NCBI GenBank assembly: GCA_027492255.1
Contig: JAPUFB010000003.1
Coordinates: forward strand, 13,889 to 77,888
DNA length: 64,000 nucleotides
Direction of reading: 5' to 3'
Source of the DNA: Candidatus Saccharimonadota bacterium
Lineage (GTDB): Bacteria > Patescibacteriota > Saccharimonadia > Saccharimonadales > Saccharimonadaceae
This document shows positions 21,895 to 30,229 of the stretch, in pieces. The notes under the pieces are model-generated. The model was given only the letters and a program-made list of their open reading frames with translations, had not been told where the DNA came from and did not search any database. Made by a program: the position numbers and the translations under genes. Position 1 is the stretch's first letter; every line of letters starts with the position of its first letter.

Positions 21895-21922
21895 ATAATG
21901 CTAACACTAAAAGGAGAACTAT

Positions 21923-22426
21923 ATGAAACGAATATTAGCAATCGCATTAATCGCCGGACTTGTGGCCGTACCAACACTAGTATCAGCACATCGCGGCACA
22001 GACGATACCAGTACAAGTACCCCAAGTGTTCAACGAGAAGACAGGGTTAATTCCTCAAACACGCAGTCAACTGTAACGATACCAAGTCAAACAACTCCTG
22101 TTCGGGTTGAGACAGAGTCGCCACAAAGCAGCACTACAATAACTGCCGAATCAGCTATTACACAGGCACTTACTGTCTTCCCAGGCAAAACAGTGGCCAA
22201 GGTTGAACTCGAGCACGAGAATACTGTACTTGTATATAGTGTCCGATTTTCAGATGGTAGTCGAGTGGATGTAAGTGCGACTGACGGTACTATTATGAGC
22301 ATACGAGATTTCACTAACCACGATAACCGAGATAACGAGCACCGCCAGAACAACCGAACCCAAGGAGACGATGATGCTAATCATACCGGCTCTGTATCGG
22401 GTCGTGATCACGCCGAAGACAACTAG
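21923..22426 (+). CDS. secreted PepSY-domain protein
   Basis: Signal peptide MKRILAIALIAGLVAVPTLVSA. PepSY core ITAESAITQALTVFPGKTVAKVELEHENTVLVYSVRFSDGSRVDVSATDGTI. AAAGGAG is the SD. Confidence 0.65.
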   Translation: MKRILAIALIAGLVAVPTLVSAHRGTDDTSTSTPSVQREDRVNSSNTQSTVTIPSQTTPVRVETESPQSSTTITAESAITQALTVFPGKTVAKVELEHENTVLVYSVRFSDGSRVDVSATDGTIMSIRDFTNHDNRDNEHRQNNRTQGDDDANHTGSVSGRDHAEDN

Positions 22427-22488
22427 ACAGCTCTGGTCTGTTACGAAAATACCCGAGATAACTCGGGTATTTTTAAGACCTCATTAAA

Positions 22489-23070
22489 CTATATTACCGC
22501 GTCCACGACATCACCTGCGAGCCTATTCTGTGCAACTACTCTCCTGACAGCAATACTCCCGACGACCAGTCCAAGAACAACCTGGGGGGCGAACGCATGT
22601 ATAAAAGCCGAGACTAGTGAAGCCCACGGGGTAGTATCGAACGGTGATCCTTGCATAAAACCAATCAACATCAGCGTCCTATGATCTGGTGAGAAGAGAC
22701 TATACGTCGACGGTATAAACAAGTCGATGCCATATACCATACCGTGCAATAAAAATGCTGACATAAAGCAGATAGCAGCGATTATCACCAGCGCTCGAGG
22801 CGTGTTTTTGAAACGTTTGCTATACAGCAGTGCCCCACAAATACAAACTGCAATAAAAAGTAACAAGTTCACGACACTCAGCAATATATAACCGGAGCGA
22901 GCCGAAAGCATCGTCATCCAACTGGAAAAATCCCATGGATTTTTTACCCCTGCCGCGGCGAGAGGCACAAATACTAGCGTAGCAACGACAAGTAATAGCG
23001 TCATAACGCCTGCAAGGCCTAAAAACACCCAAAATACTGAGCGTCGCTTGTGATTATTCATATATACCAC
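22489..23070 (-). CDS. membrane protein, unknown function
   Basis: 193-aa ORF with 5-6 hydrophobic segments; no family recognised. Confidence 0.5.
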   Translation of the reverse strand: MVYMNNHKRRSVFWVFLGLAGVMTLLLVVATLVFVPLAAAGVKNPWDFSSWMTMLSARSGYILLSVVNLLLFIAVCICGALLYSKRFKNTPRALVIIAAICFMSAFLLHGMVYGIDLFIPSTYSLFSPDHRTLMLIGFMQGSPFDTTPWASLVSAFIHAFAPQVVLGLVVGSIAVRRVVAQNRLAGDVVDAVI

Positions 23071-23245
23071 GCTGTAACATACTGCATAATACCCTGCTCG
23101 ATGCCTCTTTATACATAGTCTTTCGAGACGGCTTTAATCCAATATTTCATGTAATCTTTCTCTCTTTTATTATGTGGTTGTTCACTTTTCCTAGCTCTAT
23201 TATAACTGAGCCGAGATATTAGCATGTCTGGTATGCTAGTAACAT

Positions 23246-24115
23246 ATGGATCGTCTCAAACAACTTGCTCATAGTCTGAAACCTAGCCCAAAAATGCCCG
23301 TCCTATTTGTGGGGCATGGCAATCCGATGCATGCGATTCTTGACGATGAAATTACACGTAACTGGGCAAAAGTTGGAGGCAATTTGCCAGAGCCGCAAGC
23401 ATTCGTGGTTATTAGTGCACATTGGCAAACCAGAGGCACAAAGATTACCGACGCACCGACACAACCAATCATCTACGATATGTACGGCTTCCCTGATGAG
23501 TTATACCAAGTACAGTACCCCGCCAAGGGTGACCCCGAAATTGCCCGAGAACTCCGTGACGCATTTTTGCACTACGAAGCACAGCTCGATAACACCTGGG
23601 GATTAGACCACGGCACATGGTCAGTTTTGAAATACATGGCGCCGAAAGTAAAGGTACCGGTACTCCAAATCAGTATTGACATGACCCAGTCATTGCCGCA
23701 ACTCGTTGAAATGTTCCGCTTACTGAAGCCTCTGCGCGAAAAAGGTGTAATATTTATCGGCAGCGGCAACCTCGTACATAACCTCGGACGACTCAATTTT
23801 CACGACAATAGTATATTTGACTGGGCAATAGAATTTGACGAAAAAGCGAGCGAACAAATGAGCCTCCATAACCTCGACCTACTCACAAACCCACTCAAGA
23901 TGACGAATGCCGCCAGCCATACGTGCCCCGACTACAAACGAATACGTAACCAGTCATTAATAATTTTTTTCAATGCAATCACATTAGCATTGATGGATTC
24001 AAGAGTTGTAAATGTCATGATACCTCTTATATCAGAACTCCATTCGACCAATCCGCTCGTATCTGGCATCACTGGAGTGCCATTCTTCTCCTCTTTGCGA
24101 CGAGCACCCATATGA
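23246..24115 (+). CDS. LigB-family extradiol dioxygenase (YgiD/DODA-like), C-terminus replaced (probably truncated/decaying)
   Basis: PVLFVGHGNPMHA, VVISAHWQT, IYDMYGFPDELYQVQYPA, GSGNLVHNL. Family similarity stops near codon 228 (ASHTCPDY), exactly where the convergent gene 23932..24324 ends. The last ~60 codons are antisense read-through. Confidence 0.6.
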   Translation: MDRLKQLAHSLKPSPKMPVLFVGHGNPMHAILDDEITRNWAKVGGNLPEPQAFVVISAHWQTRGTKITDAPTQPIIYDMYGFPDELYQVQYPAKGDPEIARELRDAFLHYEAQLDNTWGLDHGTWSVLKYMAPKVKVPVLQISIDMTQSLPQLVEMFRLLKPLREKGVIFIGSGNLVHNLGRLNFHDNSIFDWAIEFDEKASEQMSLHNLDLLTNPLKMTNAASHTCPDYKRIRNQSLIIFFNAITLALMDSRVVNVMIPLISELHSTNPLVSGITGVPFFSSLRRAPI

Positions 24116-24324
24116 AGTATAAGCTTCACCGCCCCTTGTTTGTTCATGAGGTTAAATGTAATCCTGTCTTCACCATCTAGGACATAGCTAGGCGCGTTCC
24201 ATTTGATGCGTTCACTGAGTCGTGGCTCAGTCTTTAGTATCAGGTCCCGTAGTATATCAACTAGTTGTCGTTTATCTATCGGCAAGTCATCCAAAAATTC
24301 GTCTGTCGTTTTGTATTTCTGCAT
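23932..24324 (-). CDS. DUF1801 (YdhG-like) domain protein
   Basis: 130 aa; FLDDLP...ILRDLILKTEPRLSERIKWNAPSY is the DUF1801 pattern. TAAGAT hexamer lies 6 nt before the ATG. Confidence 0.6.
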   Translation of the reverse strand: MQKYKTTDEFLDDLPIDKRQLVDILRDLILKTEPRLSERIKWNAPSYVLDGEDRITFNLMNKQGAVKLILHMGARRKEEKNGTPVMPDTSGLVEWSSDIRGIMTFTTLESINANVIALKKIINDWLRIRL

Positions 24325-24424
24325 ATACCTATCTTAACAAACCTTGTGCACGACAAAAATCGACACCTATTACTATAGAGTCATTTTTAATCTATCGTGC
24401 GGCGTTGTTGATTGGTTTGATAAA

Positions 24425-24985
24425 TTATTTCTTCCAGTGTGACAATGCATTATTGATTATCGTTTTAATTTTTTCCTGAGCTTCCGTGATTGATATTTCT
24501 TTATCTTTATAAAAAACGAAATCGTCACTACTTTGTAGTAAAAACTGATGGAAATTATGACTTTTAGAGATTACGTCATCATTGGGGCTATATGTTGCAA
24601 TAATAATCATTGGATCGCCGTCGAAATCTCCGCCAATGTCTTGCCAGAAAGTAGTAATGCGGCTTGAATTATCCGGTTCACTCTCTTTCCATTCACTATT
24701 CTCAGTGTCCCATTCATCCCAAATGATGTGCTTTTCGTATCGAGTTATGATCTCTCTCTTCACATAATCAGACAATTTATAATCGCCACTAAGTCCAATG
24801 TAGATATACTTTTCTCTAGGTTGCCAGTCGTTGAATAGAATTTTCGGTAATTTGTTGATCCGACGTTTTGCAAAGGGTAGTCTGATTAAACTAAAAAATA
24901 ATGCAAAAGGCATCACTACTATCACGAGTAGAATAAATAATGGCATTAGAAGAGTATTCTTTGGTGCATTGATGTTTATGGCCAT
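24425..24985 (-). CDS. hypothetical membrane-anchored protein
   Basis: 186 aa, N-terminal TM (LLMPLFILLVIVVMPFALFF), AT-rich. TATAAT lies 7 nt before the ATG. Confidence 0.5.
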   Translation of the reverse strand: MAININAPKNTLLMPLFILLVIVVMPFALFFSLIRLPFAKRRINKLPKILFNDWQPREKYIYIGLSGDYKLSDYVKREIITRYEKHIIWDEWDTENSEWKESEPDNSSRITTFWQDIGGDFDGDPMIIIATYSPNDDVISKSHNFHQFLLQSSDDFVFYKDKEISITEAQEKIKTIINNALSHWKK

Positions 24986-25108
24986 TGTCGTAATTATATC
25001 AAAAAGAAGCCTCGCAGCCCCTTCAGCTAGAAACTATTATTCAATACCAAGAAAAATAGCCCATACGGGATGGACTACTCTTCTTAGTACGCTTTCGTAT
25101 ATAGGATC

Positions 25109-25300
25109 TTAGTAGGCTTTCGTTGCGCCGTCTTTTACTGCTTTTTCCGCATTGTCCTTAGACATCATTGCGCAAACTGTTGTTCCACATTTTTCATGCT
25201 TGCCTTTGGCCATGAAACCACCTGATTTAGTTTTGACAACTTCTGGAGCTGACAATTCAACGCCTTTTTCCTTACATTTAACGCAGTATCCTGTAACCAT
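25109..25300 (-). CDS. small zinc-ribbon protein (DUF5679-like)
   Basis: 63 aa, CVKC...x...CGTTVC. GAGGAG is the SD. Confidence 0.5.
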   Translation of the reverse strand: MVTGYCVKCKEKGVELSAPEVVKTKSGGFMAKGKHEKCGTTVCAMMSKDNAEKAVKDGATKAY

Positions 25301-25369
25301 GGCTATCTCCTCTTGAATTGATTATTACTTAACATAACGCTTGTCTAGTATATACCTTCTCATAGAAAA

Positions 25370-25807
25370 CTACGCTTGTCCATCTCGTATTGGATCAAAT
25401 TCTACTGTCCACTCAATGCCAAATTTGTCTCTAAACATTGCAAAATATGTCCCCCATGGACTCTCGCTCATAGGCATCTCAACAGCTCCTCCCACTGAAA
25501 GACCGGCAAATATTTTGTCAGCTTCTGCTTGGCTTTCCGCGGCGACCGCTATTTTAGACCTGTTTTCATCTTCGTTTACGCGTCCCATACTTTCAGGCAC
25601 ATCGTTGGCGATTAACACATTGCCGCCAATTGGCAAAACAATACGCATGATCTTATCGGCTTCGTCATCTGATACGGGAAATTCAGAGTTTTCTAAATCT
25701 TTAAAGCGCACAATGCTCGTAAACTCTCCGCCAAACACAGATTTGTAAAAGTTGAAGGCTTCTTCGGCATTTCCATTGAAATTAATTTATGGGTTGATTG
25801 TTGCCAT
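25370..25807 (-). pseudogene. VOC/PhnB-like (glyoxalase-fold) gene with in-frame TAA at codon 7
   Basis: From ATG 25807: MATINP*INFNGNAEEAFNFYKSVFGGEF... The family consensus has Tyr (I-x-P-Y-L/I-x-F-x-G-N-A) where TAA sits (25787-25789). The ORF track only finds the GTG-started remainder, 25370..25738. Confidence 0.65.
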
Positions 25808-25960
25808 GTAGATTGTCCTCCTGAGTACGAGTCTTAAACTTCTAGCCGCGCGGTCGACTTACGTCCACTGTCCTATGTCCATATTATAGCATTTTTTAGA
25901 GCATCAGTCATTACAACGCAGGTATCAAACGTTTCGGTCACAAAGGGCTATACTTAATAT

Positions 25961-26620
25961 ATGAGTGATGAGATTGAACTTGATAACGTGTATTATTTTT
26001 CTGTTAAAAAACGCCAACACCCTGAAGTTTTTAATCTAGTCCAGAATGTAATTGAAGATTCAAACCAACACAGTGGAGATAAATTGGAAATTCAGAGAAG
26101 GCTGCGACTTTTGACTACCAGCGAAGGGAATGAGCATTTAAGACAGTGTAGTAACTTTTTAGCTGAAGCTTTAGCCTTTGCGGAAATACATAATAAGGGA
26201 CAGACGCCTCATTGGGTGCCTGTAACTTCTCTGCCAACACCTGATATTAAGTATGAGGCGAGTGGTATGTTTCAACCTGTAGAAGTAAAGCACTTAAATA
26301 GTCCGAGAGAAGAACATGAGGCATTGGCGAGTGGAATGATGTACGGAGGTTCCGTGAACATGGACTATGATGCTGGACTTGTTAGGAAGATAAATGATTT
26401 TATCGTGTCTGCTAAATCAAAGTTCCTTCAATTCAATGCATCTGTTAACGAAACCGAAAGCGAGAAGGGTACTCTGTATCTGTACTTCAGCAAGTCCATC
26501 GATGCTGGTCTGACAGACGGCATAGAATGGCAGAAGACCATGAAAGAAAGAATAGCGGACATAGCAACGCCTTTATGCGGTGATGAAGTTAACTTGATAA
26601 TCGAAGATATAAACGAATAG
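25961..26620 (+). CDS. hypothetical protein with PD-(D/E)xK-like nuclease motif
   Basis: 219 aa; LPTPDIKYEASGMFQPVEVKHL reads as PD...x12...E-V-K. TATACT lies 6 nt before the ATG. Converges on the HEPN-like gene with a 14-nt gap. Confidence 0.45.
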   Translation: MSDEIELDNVYYFSVKKRQHPEVFNLVQNVIEDSNQHSGDKLEIQRRLRLLTTSEGNEHLRQCSNFLAEALAFAEIHNKGQTPHWVPVTSLPTPDIKYEASGMFQPVEVKHLNSPREEHEALASGMMYGGSVNMDYDAGLVRKINDFIVSAKSKFLQFNASVNETESEKGTLYLYFSKSIDAGLTDGIEWQKTMKERIADIATPLCGDEVNLIIEDINE

Positions 26621-26634
26621 TTCGTACAACCGAG

Positions 26635-27090
26635 TTAGTCTCTCCAACTCCACTCATTATGAATTGCTGCATGGGCTCTCTTTAGCAGTCGTACGTACAA
26701 ATCATCGACCATCGAGTTGGCATCATAATGACCAAATGTTCCTACTTTCCCGTATCTTGTTTCTATAACATTTCGGTCCTTGAATTCAGGATACTTATCG
26801 AAAAACTCATTTATCAAATCTCTTGTTACATCGTCTTTGACTATCTCAAGGGCTTTATCTTTGGTTCTACCTAACTCATGGCTGAATTTCTTCATTTGAG
26901 CTGTGGTTGAGTATTGTTTATCTATACAAATTAGTGCCTTCAATAAAAACTCTATAGAAAAACAGAATGCTACATACTTGGCTGTCGTAAATCTAGGTCG
27001 AGGGAGACTCATTCCTTCCGTAGCTAAGTCGTACCACTCCATGCTACGACTTAATAGCGATGCGGGCGTATGGTCATAATCTTTAGACAT
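26635..27090 (-). CDS. HEPN-like domain protein (third gene of orphan operon)
   Basis: 151 aa. Helical pattern AFCFSIEFLLKALICI ... KFSHELGRT ... VIETRYGK matches the classic HEPN layout (ExxLKA, sHxL, RY). 8-nt overlap with the upstream gene. Confidence 0.5.
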   Translation of the reverse strand: MSKDYDHTPASLLSRSMEWYDLATEGMSLPRPRFTTAKYVAFCFSIEFLLKALICIDKQYSTTAQMKKFSHELGRTKDKALEIVKDDVTRDLINEFFDKYPEFKDRNVIETRYGKVGTFGHYDANSMVDDLYVRLLKRAHAAIHNEWSWRD

Positions 27091-28189
27091 AATACTCCTG
27101 GCTGCTGAATAGCTCTTTCACGTATTTATTGAAATTTTCATGGTTAATACCCAAAGTATTACTGCCTGTCTCGAATATATCAAATACAGTTTTGACACTA
27201 TGGTTTTCAAACTCTAGACCATAAACGGGTACAGCAAACATATTTTTATTATCCATTACAAATCCATGCAGTTCGCCGATGAACCTCAGCGCAGATATTT
27301 CTATGCCATGTCTATTTGCATCCCTCGGCACCATTACCCACGGTATCGACTCTTTATCCAGCGCAAAGGATTGCTTATCTGCTTTTACTAATGATTCCTT
27401 CAGTTTATCAATTGCTGGACCCATGTCCCAACTGGCCTGAAAATGCACGTTTACATTGTTGGGATTGAATGAAAACATGAAATCTGATGAGTAGTCATTA
27501 TTCCGAATCATGGCACTCAAAGTCATATCTGAATATCTCGCTAAGTCTAAATCTTCTTCAAACGCTATAGCCATTTTTTCTAATGATTTATGTATTAGCT
27601 TCTTATCGGGAGTAAACACCGAAATTAATATACTTTGGTTCCTAACCAACTTTATAACACGCAGCAGTTCACTTGCAGATGCGTTCACTATATCTTCGAA
27701 ATATAGCCTGCTATTAGGAAAAGTTTTAGCGTCTGACGCAAACGGAATCTCTAATAAGTCAACATCGGCTAGCCCTTTTTGTTTTGAAGAATTAAATCCT
27801 ACTTTGATGTTTTGGTATTTATAAAAACCTCCTACAATGATTTCATTAAGAGACGAAAGCATTGGGCCAGAGTTAGGACTTAATAATCCACGTTGTAACT
27901 CAGATAAGTAATCAGGGTTTGATTTGATTTCATCTTTCAACTTACCTAGTACTGAAGCAGTGAATTTGAAATACCCATAGTCGTCTGCTGGCACACTCTG
28001 CTGCTGATGACTATAGAGATGACCATTGAATTCGTAGCTTGTATTGATAATAAACCTCATCGAAGGATTAGTAACACCAATCAGCTTGTTGGTGTATGTG
28101 CGCCTCATACATTCCTTAATAGCGTTTCTAATAGCCTCATGTCCAAAAACATCAATATATTTCTGAAGACTAATTGCTCTCTTATGCAC
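27083..28189 (-). CDS. hypothetical 368-aa protein (second gene of orphan operon)
   Basis: GTG start sharing one base with the upstream TAG. No family recognised. SLNEIIVGG...GLADVDLLEIPFASDAK could be an E...D...DxK nuclease core (weak). Confidence 0.5.
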   Translation of the reverse strand: MHKRAISLQKYIDVFGHEAIRNAIKECMRRTYTNKLIGVTNPSMRFIINTSYEFNGHLYSHQQQSVPADDYGYFKFTASVLGKLKDEIKSNPDYLSELQRGLLSPNSGPMLSSLNEIIVGGFYKYQNIKVGFNSSKQKGLADVDLLEIPFASDAKTFPNSRLYFEDIVNASASELLRVIKLVRNQSILISVFTPDKKLIHKSLEKMAIAFEEDLDLARYSDMTLSAMIRNNDYSSDFMFSFNPNNVNVHFQASWDMGPAIDKLKESLVKADKQSFALDKESIPWVMVPRDANRHGIEISALRFIGELHGFVMDNKNMFAVPVYGLEFENHSVKTVFDIFETGSNTLGINHENFNKYVKELFSSQEYYV

Positions 28190-29001
28190 TATTTCTTTAC
28201 CTGCATTAATATGTCTGACTTGAATCGTCCATTACCGTAGCTTCTATTCCACATTTCTTTGTTAGAAAAATAGAAGTGGGTTAATAGAACTTCGTTTTCC
28301 TTGGTACCTTGAGCAGTAATAATCTTTTGCATATTTTCAAGCAATGATGAAATCAACATAGATTTAATGATTACTCTTGCATGGTTAAAGGCTAGAGTAT
28401 TCTCGTATATTACGAAGTGTTTGCTATCCTTTTTCTCACGTGTGTAATAAGTTAAAGATGAATCGAATTTTGCCAACGGGAATGACTGACCATCTGAAGT
28501 TCTTACAGTATATACACTTTCATTGGTGTTGCCCCTAACTCTAAAGCCATGTTTATAAGCATTCAAAAACTGAGCATCAAGATTGTAGTCGCTCATCACT
28601 TCGCTAAGTATAGATAAATGCTCATCTAGCTTATTTTGATAATTCTTGATGGATTCTTTTTCGTTAATGCCAAAGGCGTAATGTTCCAGAATCCATTTCT
28701 TGAACTGAAGAGAGTTTTCCGTTTTCTTAACAAAATCCAAAATCTCATCACTGCGAGAGAACATCCCTTCAAGGATAGTATTCTCTCTCCCAGCGACAAT
28801 CATCATATTTATCATTAAGATTTCGCTTAATTGCATGTATGTAGCGTAAAGCTCAATCAGATGCCTTCTTTTTGTTTTGTCGGTTTTGAGCTTTTGTAAT
28901 TTATCGGCAATATGCTCGATTCTTTTAAGCCATCCTGAAAAATCTTGCTGGCTGTAGTATTCATAAAAAAAATCTTGAAGTGCATTGTCTTGGTCGACCA
29001 T
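28189..29001 (-). CDS. hypothetical 270-aa protein (first gene of orphan operon)
   Basis: ORF 28189..29055 (GTG), but GGAGGA (complement of 29012-29017) lies 10 nt before the ATG at 29001 (MVDQDNALQDFF...). No family recognised. Confidence 0.5.
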   Translation of the reverse strand: MVDQDNALQDFFYEYYSQQDFSGWLKRIEHIADKLQKLKTDKTKRRHLIELYATYMQLSEILMINMMIVAGRENTILEGMFSRSDEILDFVKKTENSLQFKKWILEHYAFGINEKESIKNYQNKLDEHLSILSEVMSDYNLDAQFLNAYKHGFRVRGNTNESVYTVRTSDGQSFPLAKFDSSLTYYTREKKDSKHFVIYENTLAFNHARVIIKSMLISSLLENMQKIITAQGTKENEVLLTHFYFSNKEMWNRSYGNGRFKSDILMQVKK

Positions 29002-29175
29002 GACAATATTATCCTCCAATCTAATCTCTTTAGCTACCAAGTATATGTAGCTCACGTCCGAAAAGCCTCACGTGCGGTCTGAGAGGTATCTCGGAGTGTC
29101 TAAGCGCGCGTATCTAAGGACGCTTTTTGCTGTAAAACGGTAAGAAAAATAGCCATATACGATGGAATACTTTCT

Positions 29176-29198
29176 TGGTGCGGGTACAGGGACTCTAA
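29176..29198 (-). repeat. displaced copy of the 3' terminal 23 nt of tRNA-Gly (att-like direct repeat)
   Basis: tggtgcgggtacagggactctaa is identical to 33356-33378. Confidence 0.8.
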
Positions 29199-29225
29199 AC
29201 CCCGAACGCCGAAGCGTTCGGGCAA

Positions 29226-29290
29226 TCACACCTGGACTATTGATTTCTTTGACGAGGTCCAGGGTTAGAGAATTACAATACATACCAAAC
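29226..29290. repeat. 65-nt repeat (copy A) containing a 20-nt sense copy of tRNA-Gly positions ~40-59
   Basis: tcacacctggactattgatttctttGACGAGGTCCAGGGTTAGAGaattacaatacataccaaa, compared with 33261-33324. Flanked by hairpins at 29203-29224 and 29296-29316. Confidence 0.75.
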
Positions 29291-29522
29291 GTAAAACCCC
29301 AACGACGAGGTTGGGGCATTACATTTGGTGCTCAACGAGCAGAAAGTTGTACACCCATTTAGCCTTGATAGCTTTGCTGTACAGAGCCTGGAAGTACAAC
29401 GGTGGCGTGATATTCTTGCTGTTCCGTATGCCAACTATAAGAGTATGTTAGTGCCTCGCTAGACTTACACACCACGCCATAGTTATGCTTGATAATAAAA
29501 ATATAAAACCTACAATAGCCTT

Positions 29523-30035
29523 ATGGACTACAAACAACAGAGTAACCAAGGCTGTCTCGTCGTAGACTTGATGTACTTATTTGGCATAGAGCCAACCAGA
29601 GACAAGGAACAGGATATTTTGAGTGATGGGCTATTTAGATTGCGTGAGAACTATACGCTAGGCTGTTTACTTGCTTTTCTCGAACGCTACGAAGATAAGT
29701 CAGTAACGCTATACGTTGACAACAAGTACTATCTGGATATTCTGAAACAATGGGTCAAGCATCCACGCATAGAGATGGTGCATAAGAAAAATGACACCAA
29801 GTTGCTAGACACTCTCGACACGCCTTTTATTGTCTACGTCGACAACAATATAACTGATGGCTGGACGCACCTACCTCACTTTATGATGGTTACAAGTGCT
29901 ACAGATAAGTTCTATAGTGTCTTTGACCCTTGGGATGGTAAGACAGTTAGGCTCTCGAAAGATAAACTACTCAACGGAATTGAGCTTTTGCGTACTCACG
30001 TTAAGGTTTGCCCGTTCATTATTCAAGCCAACTAA
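29523..30035 (+). CDS. papain-like cysteine peptidase, C39-like
   Basis: 170 aa. QQSNQGCLVVDLMYLFG (Q-x5-C) and HFMMVTSATDKFYSVFDPW (His ... DP) follow the C39 bacteriocin-processing peptidase pattern. TTGATA-16 nt-TACAAT ends 6 nt before the ATG. Confidence 0.5.
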   Translation: MDYKQQSNQGCLVVDLMYLFGIEPTRDKEQDILSDGLFRLRENYTLGCLLAFLERYEDKSVTLYVDNKYYLDILKQWVKHPRIEMVHKKNDTKLLDTLDTPFIVYVDNNITDGWTHLPHFMMVTSATDKFYSVFDPWDGKTVRLSKDKLLNGIELLRTHVKVCPFIIQAN

Positions 30036-30229
30036 GCCCCCCTACCCATCGTGCACATCATTTTTGATAAGCTTGTAAACGCACTTGTCAGCTAAAAATA
30101 TGTCGGTATCAAAAAATGGTTTGTTTTGCCATTTCACCCAACAATTACGAACAGGGGTCGGCATTAAAAAATCGCCCAACAAACAAAAATGAGCTAAACA
30201 GAGGTGAGCCGTTGGTATGCCGTTAGATA

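Noticed and set aside
25787-25789. Stop-codon reassignment (TAA read as Tyr, or an alternative genetic code as in some candidate phyla)
   Set aside because: TAA, TAG and TGA all terminate well-supported genes in this window. Examples are TAA at 19036-19038, TAG at 28189-28191 (complement) and TGA at 334-336 (complement). A simple nonsense mutation or sequencing error is more parsimonious.
29326-29400. A further tRNA or tRNA fragment ending in ...GCACCA (tggtgc on the plus strand)
   Set aside because: No T-arm or acceptor pairing can be drawn upstream of it, and only 6 nt match. It is most likely chance or too degraded to call.
30100-30192. 30-aa ORF (MSVSKNGLFCHFTQQLRTGVGIKKSPNKQK) downstream of the C39-like peptidase as a possible bacteriocin precursor
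   Set aside because: It has no double-glycine leader, no SD and a basic unstructured sequence, so it cannot be distinguished from noise.
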